Shown one piece after another: positions 29,964 to 38,605 of a stretch of DNA of 64,000 nucleotides; positions within the stretch are counted from its first letter, which is position 1, and each line of letters begins with the position of its first letter. The notes below the pieces were generated by a model. It was not told the DNA's origin and did no database searches. It saw nothing but the letters and a program-made list of their open reading frames with translations. This DNA comes from a virus (lineage: Duplodnaviria; Caudoviricetes): positions 1 through 64,000 of IMG/VR virus record IMGVR_UViG_3300031555_001441. One strand, written 5' to 3'. The position numbers were made by a program, and so were the translations under genes.

Positions 29964-30295
29964 TTCTCTTTCACCTCATATATCAGCCCGTCTTGTTTTA
30001 TGATTTCGTACTTCTCATTAAATTCTTTAAAAGAAACATCATCATCTATTGTTACTTTATAAACTGTATAAGGCTTGTCTGAAAGATGCACCATTCCAAT
30101 TGCACCGAAAGCAACACCTGCGATTATTATTACAGCTGAAACTATTACAAGTGATGCTGCTCCCTCGCGGATACTTAGTATAATACATATAATACCTACG
30201 ACAAGAAATATAACTCCTATACAGATTAGCACTATACATCCAAAAATAGACATATCTCGTGTTACTGTTTCAGATAAAATTGTTACACCTTCCAT
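29960..30295 (-). CDS. Membrane protein (2 predicted TM segments)
   Basis: Two hydrophobic helices, then YKVTIDDDVSFKEFNEKYEII. Confidence 0.65.
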   Translation of the reverse strand: MEGVTILSETVTRDMSIFGCIVLICIGVIFLVVGIICIILSIREGAASLVIVSAVIIIAGVAFGAIGMVHLSDKPYTVYKVTIDDDVSFKEFNEKYEIIKQDGLIYEVKEK

Positions 30296-30297
30296 TG

Positions 30298-30648
30298 TTA
30301 GTCCTCCTGAATTGATTTAAAGTATTCTCTTATATTGAACCACTGGTCAGACATAAGATTTCCTATCTCATCTATTGTGCTACCCCACCCGTTATCTATT
30401 ACTCTTATATATTGACCTTTGAGTTTCTCCCAACTGTCAACACCCACCGTTTCAAGAATGCGTGAGATTGCTTCCATACTTTCGTTGCAAACATATCTTT
30501 TATCTTTTTCTTTATCATACGTGTCAAGAGCATAACCGCCTATTCCACAGCCATATCCACCGAATTCTACAAAGATGTAAAACGTGAATATTCCGTGATC
30601 TTCTCGACCGAAAAAAGTATCTGTTATTCTTGCATTTCGTATCTCCAT
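30298..30648 (-). CDS. Phage hypothetical protein (start revised to 30648)
   Basis: MEIRNARIT..EDHGIFT..VGVDSWEKLKG; GGAGG RBS. Confidence 0.65.
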   Translation of the reverse strand: MEIRNARITDTFFGREDHGIFTFYIFVEFGGYGCGIGGYALDTYDKEKDKRYVCNESMEAISRILETVGVDSWEKLKGQYIRVIDNGWGSTIDEIGNLMSDQWFNIREYFKSIQED

Positions 30649-30715
30649 GAAAAGGACCTCCATATTGAAATTTCTTAGTTTAAATTCAAGTTTAACATAA
30701 GATGTTTCATTGATT

Positions 30716-30928
30716 TCACTTCCCATATGGTGTACTACTTAACAGTGACGCTGAAATGGCCAGTGCATCTAAATGATCTTTCAACCGCTTGCGTAGTTCT
30801 TTTTGTTCTTTTTCATATTCTATGCGCTCTTCGGGTGTCATATTTGCAATTCGTTCTTGTTCTAATTTGCGTTCTTGTTCAGCAAGATCAGCTAGATGAC
30901 GATTATGAGCTTTAAGAGCATTCATCAT
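30716..30928 (-). CDS. Small coiled-coil hypothetical protein
   Basis: GAGGAGG RBS before ATG 30928. Confidence 0.55.
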   Translation of the reverse strand: MMNALKAHNRHLADLAEQERKLEQERIANMTPEERIEYEKEQKELRKRLKDHLDALAISASLLSSTPYGK

Positions 30929-31448
30929 TGACCTCCTCGTCCATTGTTGCTCCACAATAAGGACAATGTTTGTAGGATACTAACGTAGAAGAACCTTCTT
31001 CATATCGACAATGCGAACAGCAGTAGCCACTGAGCAACCCGTGGATATTTATAAGACGTTTCCAATGGGCATGAATTTCTGTTTTACTGTTGTGCATTCT
31101 CATATTTTCTATAACGAGTGGACAATCATATGGAGGTGTATCAAGTGTTGTTCTATGAAGAAGTTTACAGTTACCATTTTCATGATCATGTAGCAAACAA
31201 TCAAAACAATCACTTGGAACATGTGAATGTAGTAGTTGTTCTATCTCAGTAATTATATCATGATGTTCTATGTGCATACGATACCAGCTCTCTGCTTCAA
31301 TAGCTGCGAGCTGTGATGTCGATGCGTATCCAAATCCATCAAGACACTCATCCCATACACCGACGCGTACAAGTTCCTGTACAACCCACATCCAGTGTCC
31401 CTCAGGACCATCAAATGGAAGTATCATTATTCGATATCTATTGTCCAT
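30912..31448 (-). CDS. Zinc-ribbon hypothetical protein
   Basis: CFDC..C..CPL and CSHC..CPYCGATMD; GGAGG RBS. Confidence 0.6.
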   Translation of the reverse strand: MDNRYRIMILPFDGPEGHWMWVVQELVRVGVWDECLDGFGYASTSQLAAIEAESWYRMHIEHHDIITEIEQLLHSHVPSDCFDCLLHDHENGNCKLLHRTTLDTPPYDCPLVIENMRMHNSKTEIHAHWKRLINIHGLLSGYCCSHCRYEEGSSTLVSYKHCPYCGATMDEEVNDECS

Positions 31449-31465
31449 ATAACAGCCTCCAATAT

Positions 31466-31498
31466 AAAAAATAGAAGATGTATTTCTACATCTTCTAT
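31466..31498 (-). terminator. Rho-independent terminator
   Basis: 12-bp stem ATAGAAGATGTA-GAAA-TACATCTTCTAT followed by a U run on the minus strand. Confidence 0.8.
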
Positions 31499-31513
31499 AA
31501 CGATTCTTTCTTT

Positions 31514-31894
31514 TTAATCTTTGGGTGTTGCGGTATAGCCTGCTTTATACGTTGCATCCTTGTCCACTAGCTGCTGCGGAGGTACCCAACCTGCAAATGT
31601 ATAAGTATATTCATCGTCATCAGGTCGTGTCGGTGTTTTAACTTCAGGCGGATACACTGTAGGGTCTTCACCTTTAGGAACATACTTAGATTGTATTAAT
31701 GTGTCGTCATAATCTAAAAATGTTATTTTAAATATCTGTACAAATTCAACAATGTGACCTTCGGGTTCATTCTCATACACTCTCACAAATGCTGGATCAT
31801 TGATGTAACCAGGTACTTCCTTTTCAGCGTTAGGAGTAAACTCAACATCATAATATGTTTTAGTACTATTGCCGTAGTTTTTATATTTATACAT
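31514..31894 (-). CDS. Small virion-accessory protein with InlB B-repeat-like C-terminus; paralog of 44743..45000
   Basis: N-terminal YKNYG..VP.YINDPAF.R shared with the 44743 ORF; ITFLDYDDT..PTRPDD..YTFAGW..YKA. Confidence 0.65.
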   Translation of the reverse strand: MYKYKNYGNSTKTYYDVEFTPNAEKEVPGYINDPAFVRVYENEPEGHIVEFVQIFKITFLDYDDTLIQSKYVPKGEDPTVYPPEVKTPTRPDDDEYTYTFAGWVPPQQLVDKDATYKAGYTATPKD

Positions 31895-31921
31895 GATCAG
31901 AATCTCCTCTGGACTTATAGC

Positions 31922-32815
31922 TTAGAGTATCTCGTCATATCCTCTCAACGACTGCGCCGCAAAATAAAGTATCTCTTGCGCTTGGTCAAGTATACTCAAA
32001 TCATCATCGCTTATATGACCCTCGGCATCTGGTACTTCTATGAATTCAGACAACCACTCTTCTAGATCATCTGCAATCTTTTCAGCTACTCTGCTCAACC
32101 GAGACAGCTCACTTGCGGAAGCACTCTTTATGTTGCAACCTTCGATATCTTCGTCATCAACACCGTCTGCAAATCTCTCTTCCTCGCCGTCATCGCATAC
32201 AGGGCAACTGCCCATATCTGTGAGCTTACGGCCACATTTCTTGCAGCAACCTTCTTCATCATAGTCATCTTCATCAGATGCTTTGATTTTCTTCTTGCCA
32301 CAGCCGGACTTGATATCTTTCTTGTCTTCACGATCTTTGACGAAATCGGGATCTCTTTCGGCATCTTCGTCGTAGTAGTCGACTTTCTTATTTGTCTTCT
32401 CAAGCTCCTCTACGACAGCTCTCGCAAGTTTGCTATCACGATGTTTCTTTGTTATCTCGTTCCAGATAGTTGAGAGCGGCTTGCCTCTGACATAATCATC
32501 TTCATAATCTTTGACGAGTTTGTCGATGAGTTTGTAATCAGTTGAAGCTTTGATCGATGATTTGACATCATCACCTCCATGAGAACACTCATCATACATG
32601 TCCCAGTACTTTCGAAAATCTTCTTCAGTTACACTGTAACCATCATCTGAAGCAAGCTGTCTAAATTCATCAAAATCGTTTACAGGTAGTCCATTCTGTG
32701 CATCGGTACAAGCCCATTCGTGCAAAAATTCAAACGGAATAGAATCTACTGCAGCCTTGACTGAAGATGCAGCTTTGATTTGATTCTTCGGCTGAACTAT
32801 AAAGTTCTTTTTCAT
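31922..32815 (-). CDS. Acidic modular protein with repeated I/V-K-A/S-S linkers; putative internal head protein
   Basis: QIKAASSVKAA, VKSSIKAST, IKSG, IKASD, IKSAS; CKKCG..CPVC. Confidence 0.6.
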   Translation of the reverse strand: MKKNFIVQPKNQIKAASSVKAAVDSIPFEFLHEWACTDAQNGLPVNDFDEFRQLASDDGYSVTEEDFRKYWDMYDECSHGGDDVKSSIKASTDYKLIDKLVKDYEDDYVRGKPLSTIWNEITKKHRDSKLARAVVEELEKTNKKVDYYDEDAERDPDFVKDREDKKDIKSGCGKKKIKASDEDDYDEEGCCKKCGRKLTDMGSCPVCDDGEEERFADGVDDEDIEGCNIKSASASELSRLSRVAEKIADDLEEWLSEFIEVPDAEGHISDDDLSILDQAQEILYFAAQSLRGYDEIL

Positions 32816-32842
32816 ACTTTTATGTTACCTTTCTACTGTGTT

Positions 32843-33736
32843 TTATAATGTAGGCGAATTAAACGCATCGTCAAATCGCTGTGTTTCATTTTGAAGATAT
32901 TCAGCAACTTTCTTCTTTGCTCTTTGTATGTTGTTAAAGCAGTCATGTAAGATGCCGAGCACATCTGTTTCATATGTTTCTTGAAGCATCCCGACTGTAT
33001 CACCGTTTTCATCTACCAGGAGATATGCTGTCTCTGTTGGACCATATGGATCATTCTTTGTTGTCCACTCTTGGATGCGATATCCTAGCATCTTTGCAGC
33101 TTCTCTCAAGAGATATTCGACCTTCTCGTCAACATGTAATTCGTGATCAGGTAAATGCTTGTATTTATATGGATCATGTTCACATACAATGTCCTTCGTT
33201 CCTTCAACATCTGCGAATACTTTATATGTAGAATCATCTATCTCACGAGCTCTACCCTGATAGCAGAGTCCTTCGAGCGCACGTAGAAGATCCCACATAT
33301 CTATACCGATACGATCTGCTTCAAATATGAGGCCGCCAGGCTCTTCTGCTGTATCACGTCTCTTAGATACGGTCTTTCCTGCAAGCTTTTTGACAATGAG
33401 ATCACCATATTGATCTGCTTCTTCTTTGCCGAAGTACCAATCAGAAGCAGCTTTTACCGAAGTATTCGCTTTAATTTTATATTTACCTTCGAGCATCTTA
33501 GATAACTCGTCTAACGATGTCTGTGGAACTAGAGTTTCTATAATTGCATCAAGCTTCTTCTTTGCATCACGAGCAAGCTCCTTATCGCCATCTTTCTTAT
33601 ACTGAACATAATTATCAGCATATTGATTGACCATACGCCGCCAATCATTGTTGAAATACTTAGTTAACTTTGTTGTCAGATCACGAACTAACTTATCGGA
33701 AGCAGCTGTTATCTTCGTGTTCTTTGTTATCTTCAT
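32843..33736 (-). CDS. Modular hypothetical protein with leader MKITKNTKITAAS; putative internal head protein
   Basis: ITAAS and IKANTSVKAAS linkers. Confidence 0.6.
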   Translation of the reverse strand: MKITKNTKITAASDKLVRDLTTKLTKYFNNDWRRMVNQYADNYVQYKKDGDKELARDAKKKLDAIIETLVPQTSLDELSKMLEGKYKIKANTSVKAASDWYFGKEEADQYGDLIVKKLAGKTVSKRRDTAEEPGGLIFEADRIGIDMWDLLRALEGLCYQGRAREIDDSTYKVFADVEGTKDIVCEHDPYKYKHLPDHELHVDEKVEYLLREAAKMLGYRIQEWTTKNDPYGPTETAYLLVDENGDTVGMLQETYETDVLGILHDCFNNIQRAKKKVAEYLQNETQRFDDAFNSPTL

Positions 33737-33748
33737 ATTCGCTCACTC

Positions 33749-34120
33749 TTATCCTTTATATCCAGTAGCGTACATCGCTCTGCGTTGAGCATCTGCTTCT
33801 TTCTTTGTATCAAATTCACCGTGTTCTTTGCCGGTGTCTCCTCTGTTGACCCATTTGCCGTTGTTCTTCTTAACGGTATCGGCTTTAACATTGCAGCTTT
33901 CTTCAATGTCGTTAGATACGCTCATCGTATTCGCACGCTTGCGGGATAGTTTGATATATCTGATTATGCTGTTGATACGTCTCTGAGTCTCTGTCGGCGT
34001 TAGTGTCCAAAACTGATCACTGAGATGTGCCAGTTTATCCTCGGCATCTTGTAGAATATCGTACGATTCTGTGCTACCAGTGGCTGACGCTTCTGCTGCT
34101 CTTATTATTCTTCTTTTCAT
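33749..34120 (-). CDS. Hypothetical protein with leader MKRRIIRAA
   Basis: AAGGAG RBS; internal VKADT. Confidence 0.6.
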   Translation of the reverse strand: MKRRIIRAAEASATGSTESYDILQDAEDKLAHLSDQFWTLTPTETQRRINSIIRYIKLSRKRANTMSVSNDIEESCNVKADTVKKNNGKWVNRGDTGKEHGEFDTKKEADAQRRAMYATGYKG

Positions 34121-34162
34121 ATTCTCTCCTTGATCTTTTCATTACTCTTTATCAACATGATC

Positions 34163-34390
34163 TTAATTGTATCCTTTAAGAGAATCTATGCACTTGATAG
34201 CTTTATCAACAGCTTTCAGTGCATTATCTATTCTGTGATAATCTAAGCTATCGCTGAAAACAGATTCAGTCAGCTGTTTCAGACAACGCTTGCTCTCATT
34301 TAATTTATCTTTTACTTCTTTTACATCTTCAGCAGTGTAGTCACCAGCTACTTCCATATATTGTTTGGCTGCTCTTATGTATCTCTTCAT
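34163..34390 (-). CDS. Hypothetical protein with leader MKRYIRAA
   Basis: AAGGAG RBS; ATGA overlap with the upstream gene. Confidence 0.6.
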   Translation of the reverse strand: MKRYIRAAKQYMEVAGDYTAEDVKEVKDKLNESKRCLKQLTESVFSDSLDYHRIDNALKAVDKAIKCIDSLKGYN

Positions 34391-34737
34391 ACATTTCTCC
34401 TTAAATATTCTACTTGTTTCATCGACAGATGTTCTCCATTGACGATAAACAATTTTATCTCATCTCTGTAGTAATCTTGTTTACCCCAGATGATTGTATG
34501 ATCTTTGCCATATCTTCTTATCGGTGACGGGCAACTGTCGATCATATCTGCATGAGTTATGATACGATCTTCACTCTCATGCGTATATTTATTGTATTTG
34601 TATGTTGTTGTGTAAAAGTATCCACGAAGTACATTGTCGTAATTCTCTGAATATTCTTCGAGTTTCGGCATCTGTATGAGTATGAATTTACTCAGTAGTA
34701 TGTCTCCGGCAGATGCTGATTTGATATATCGTTTCAT
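34387..34737 (-). CDS. Hypothetical protein with leader MKRYIKSAS (start revised to 34737)
   Basis: GGAG RBS; both promoter-like motifs upstream. Confidence 0.6.
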   Translation of the reverse strand: MKRYIKSASAGDILLSKFILIQMPKLEEYSENYDNVLRGYFYTTTYKYNKYTHESEDRIITHADMIDSCPSPIRRYGKDHTIIWGKQDYYRDEIKLFIVNGEHLSMKQVEYLRRNV

Positions 34738-34821
34738 TTCTGCTCCGCATAACAAATATTTATGTATATATCAATAATATGTAAGGTTATTCTCTTATAT
34801 ATGTTATAACGATTTTTCTTC

Positions 34822-36202
34822 TTATAGTGTGGCCATGTTTTCTTCGGATGTGATAACAGGTATGCCGTATTTGTCTGCGTATTCAAGAGCTATTGGATTG
34901 TCTGAATATATCACAACATTCCGGCAACCTCTGAAGATGCCGCTGTTCATACTGCGAACACTCATCGGAATGTTTATTCTTTCTAGTTTAGTGCATCCTT
35001 CAAATACAGCAGAATCGATTGAAAATACACCTTCCTCAATGCGAACATATTTTAGTTCTCGACATCTGCTGAATGCATCCCACGATATATGTTGAACACT
35101 TCCTGGAATTACTATCTGTTCTAAGCTCTCACACTCTATGAATGCATGACCTCCGATATATTCAAGACCTGACGGAAATACTACATTGGTTAATCTGTGA
35201 CAATATGCGAAAGCTCCTTGGTCTATGAAGGTAACACTGTCAGAAAAGTCAACCTGCTGTAAACTGACGCAATCATAGAAGGCTTCAGATTCAATTTCTA
35301 TAACAGTATCAAGTATCTTAAGAGTTTCAAGATGTCTGCACTCTCTGAATGCGTTTCGGTCAATGCTGTCTACGCCAGATACTACTGCATGTTTGATATG
35401 TGAACGAATTGCATCTGGAATGTAATCACCTATATATTCATATATTGAATTTTCTGTATCGCTGATATCAATTATTTGTGTTGGATCTATCTTCATGAAG
35501 AAATCTCTTAGGCCTCTACTGTCATCAAGAAATTCATTTACATCAATCGGATCGTCATTTCTGTCCATGAATTGTTCAGATTCAAAATGGAACTGGTACT
35601 TTATGCTAGGCACATGTTTGTTGATAATTACATACAATGGACCTTGCTTGGTATAATATTTGTAATAGTAATCATCTTCTGTTGAAGCTGTACACCATGT
35701 TGTACCTTCGCCTAGCTTACATGCAGCTGCATATGTCTTTGGAACATAAACTATCCACTCGCTATCTTCATACACCCTATCTGCATCTTTTTCAAGATCA
35801 ACATCGCGTCTATTCTTCTGACGCTCTCTCACCTCTTGACGATGCGTTTTATTCTTGTAAGACGAATCATCGTTCAGCATATTTTCGACGTCAGCGATAG
35901 ATTTGTATTTCATTATATCGCGATTGACAAGATTCTGCTTCTCAGATTCAAATCGAGTGAGGACATCAGTGAGATGACCTTCATTCACTATGGGGACCTC
36001 TATTAGCAAGTGTGAGTATCCATCTACCATAAGTTCCTAACTGCTTGCTTCCTTCTTTGTATGTTGGATCTAATTCAATCAGACGCTTTATATTAGTTGG
36101 TTCAACGTTCGGATAATATTTGTTTGTCATCTCATCGAACTCAGGAGTGCCGATCGCAGCTGCAAATATTTCTGACTGAGGATATTTGATAAATTTTTTC
36201 AT
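34822..36202 (-). pseudogene. WCTA-motif domain plus BspA-like leucine-rich repeat protein, split by one extra C at 35992-35995
   Basis: ORFs 35981..36202 and 34822..36030 join to match the paralog (LANKGPIVNEGHLTDVL); LRR_5-type repeats (IPGSVQHISWDAFSRC). Confidence 0.8.
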
Positions 36203-36228
36203 GCGGAACTAGCTCCTTTACGCAATTA

Positions 36229-37536
36229 TTATAGTGTTACCAGATCTTCATCTAAAGGAACAACAGGTATTCCTTCCTGTTCTGCATATTCAATTGCTAT
36301 TGGATTGTTTGTGTGTATTGTAAGATGATCACAAGCAGCGAACGCACCTTCGTCTATTGACGTTACGATGTCCGGTATCGTAACGCTTGTAAGACTGCTG
36401 CAGTCAAAGAACGCCCTCCAGCCTATACTCGTAACACCGTCAGGTATCGTTATGCTCGTAAGATTGGTGCAACCGGAGAACGTCTTATCACTTATTTTCT
36501 TCACGCCGTCCAGTATGTTTATACTTGCAAGACTTTCGCAGCCGGAGAACGCTCGATCACCTATACTAGTAACACTGTCAGGTATCATAATGCTTGTAAG
36601 ACTGCTGCACAAGGAGAACGCATATTGACCTATTTCAGTTACGCTGTCCGGTATCGTTACGCTCTTAAGATTAGTGCAGCCGTTGAACGCATGATCGCCT
36701 ATACGTTTAACTCGGTTAGAAATAGTAACCTTTTTGATGTATGATCTCACATTTTGTGGTATTGACTTGCCATCATATTCATATTTAACATATTTGCTGA
36801 TATCAATAACTTCTTCTGGATGTTTCTTCATGAAGAAATCACGGAGCGCATGATCTTTGTCTAAAAATGAATTTAAATTGATCTTTTTGTCGTTCTTGTT
36901 CACAAACTGCTTTGACTCAAAATGAAATTGATATTTTTCACTTGGATCTTTTTTGTTTATTACGATATAGTATTCTCCACCATATCTTGATTTATAATCA
37001 TTATAGTAGAAGTCACTTTCTGTTGAAGCAGTGCATCATTTTGTGCCTTGACCCAGCTTGCAAGAAGCCGCATACGTGTGAGGTACCCACGCCTCCCACT
37101 CGCTATCTTCGAAGACTTTCTCTGCATCCTTATCTAAGTCTGCATTCTTTCTATCTTTTTGTCTCTGCCTTACTTCCTGTCTATGAGATAAATCTTTATA
37201 AGAATTGTCGTCATTCAACATGTTTTCGACATCATCTACAGATTTGTATTTCATTATGTCTTTATCTTTGAGGTTCTTTTTCTCGTCCTCAAATCGGATA
37301 AGGACGTCTGTGAGATGTCCCTCGTTCACTATTGGACCCTTATTCGCCAGGTTGAGTATCCAACGTCCGTAAGTACCTATCTGATTACTACCCTCTTTAT
37401 ATGTCGGATCCATCTGTATATATTTCATTACATCTTCTACATTTGGATAGTATTTTTTGAATATGGCCTCAGCTTCAGGCGTGTTAAGGGCAGCAGCTTG
37501 TATGTATGATTGTGGATACTTTACAAAATGATGCAT
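36229..37536 (-). pseudogene. Paralogous WCTA-motif plus BspA-like LRR protein interrupted by an in-frame TGA at 37036-37038
   Basis: KLGQGTK-TGA-CTASTE versus paralog KLGEGTT-W-CTASTE; frame stays open into ORF 36229..36903 with IPDSVTSIG..AF.GC.SL repeats. Confidence 0.85.
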
Positions 37537-37617
37537 ATTGTCACCTCTATGAGTACAGTTACTAGTATATACATTATAGAAGGTTATAACATGTAAAAAG
37601 AACATTTAAGATTAACA

Positions 37618-37645
37618 ATAAAATGAGCTAGTAGACACTAGCTCA
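37618..37645 (-). terminator. Probable terminator
   Basis: 9-bp stem TGAGCTAGT/ACTAGCTCA followed by TTTTAT on the minus strand. Confidence 0.65.
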
Positions 37646-37697
37646 ATTTAACTTGCGGAATAAATGATTCTCCACGTTGATCTAATCAGCGACTGAG

Positions 37698-38351
37698 CTA
37701 ATCAGTAGAAGATGCACTCGTTTTGCCAAGTTCACTCATAGTTTGATGCAATGTGTTGAAGTAGTCATTAAACCATCTGTCAGACTTCACAAGTTCAACT
37801 GTAAGCTGTTTCATTATTTCACAAAGTTCAGATACACTGAAATTCAAACAACTATTTGAAATTACATTCGGTATGGAAGGAGTTCTAAAAATCTGTCCAT
37901 GATACACACTGTTAGATTTCACTTTCATATTTTTCATCTCAATATCTGAGATGTCGAACATAGATTGTAAAGATGAATATCGAATGTGGCATCGCAGCTC
38001 AACATTTTTACAGCTCAGTGTTTGATTTTCAATTGTCCACAGATTTGTCCATCTGTGATCAAATAAATCAGATAAAGGATGAACAACATCTACTCCCATA
38101 TCTGCTGGACGTACATTTACAAACGTAATAACGTCATCTGTATGATGTTTGACATAGTGCGAAGCTAGCGCTTGATTCATAGCGTATTCTAATGTAGGCA
38201 GCTGAATGTTGTAGTAGTGCATAACAGCATCTGTAAGCTGATCCAGATATTCATTGTCCTCCTCTGTGAGATCATCTGCTGTGATTTTGTTTGTGCTGCT
38301 ATTAACTATTCGCAGTACATTTGCCCATACATCATTCATACTAGTATTCAT
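37698..38351 (-). CDS. Hypothetical protein
   Basis: 217 aa; AAGGAG RBS; N-terminal IVNSS..KITAD. Confidence 0.6.
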   Translation of the reverse strand: MNTSMNDVWANVLRIVNSSTNKITADDLTEEDNEYLDQLTDAVMHYYNIQLPTLEYAMNQALASHYVKHHTDDVITFVNVRPADMGVDVVHPLSDLFDHRWTNLWTIENQTLSCKNVELRCHIRYSSLQSMFDISDIEMKNMKVKSNSVYHGQIFRTPSIPNVISNSCLNFSVSELCEIMKQLTVELVKSDRWFNDYFNTLHQTMSELGKTSASSTD

Positions 38352-38518
38352 ACTTTATATTTCTCCTTATCTCTGATATAATTACTTATAATTTCCGCAA
38401 CAGCATACAAAGTAGGCACACAGTGCTCCTCAACAGTGAGACGATCATTTGATTCTATTCTTACACGATACTTTTGATTCAGGTTATCAACATGTATTGT
38501 TAGATCTGAAGCTGTCAT
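38348..38518 (-). CDS. 56-aa hypothetical protein not in the ORF track (MTASDLTIHVDNLNQKY...)
   Basis: AAGGAG RBS, AATCGTTATA motif upstream, ATGA overlap with the next gene. Confidence 0.6.
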   Translation of the reverse strand: MTASDLTIHVDNLNQKYRVRIESNDRLTVEEHCVPTLYAVAEIISNYIRDKEKYKV

Positions 38519-38561
38519 AGGCCATCTCCTTATTTGTGTTACATATTATATAACGATTCAT

Positions 38562-38593
38562 AAAAATAGTTGAGGATTTCTCCTCAACTATTT
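38562..38593 (-). terminator. Terminator after the tail sheath gene
   Basis: 13-bp stem AAATAGTTGAGGA-GAAA-TCCTCAACTATTT plus U run. Confidence 0.8.
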
Positions 38594-38605
38594 GTTATAA
38601 TCTGA

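Noticed and set aside
36340-36720. Near-tandem ~69-bp nucleotide repeats as a second VR or DNA repeat element
   Set aside because: Explained by 23-aa LRR coding repeats; no similarity to the TR.
37036-37038. Genome-wide stop-codon reassignment (TGA=Trp or TAG=Gln)
   Set aside because: Only one in-frame TGA was found. Capsid and sheath end in TGA, portal, terL and RT end in TAG, and genes are full length in code 11.
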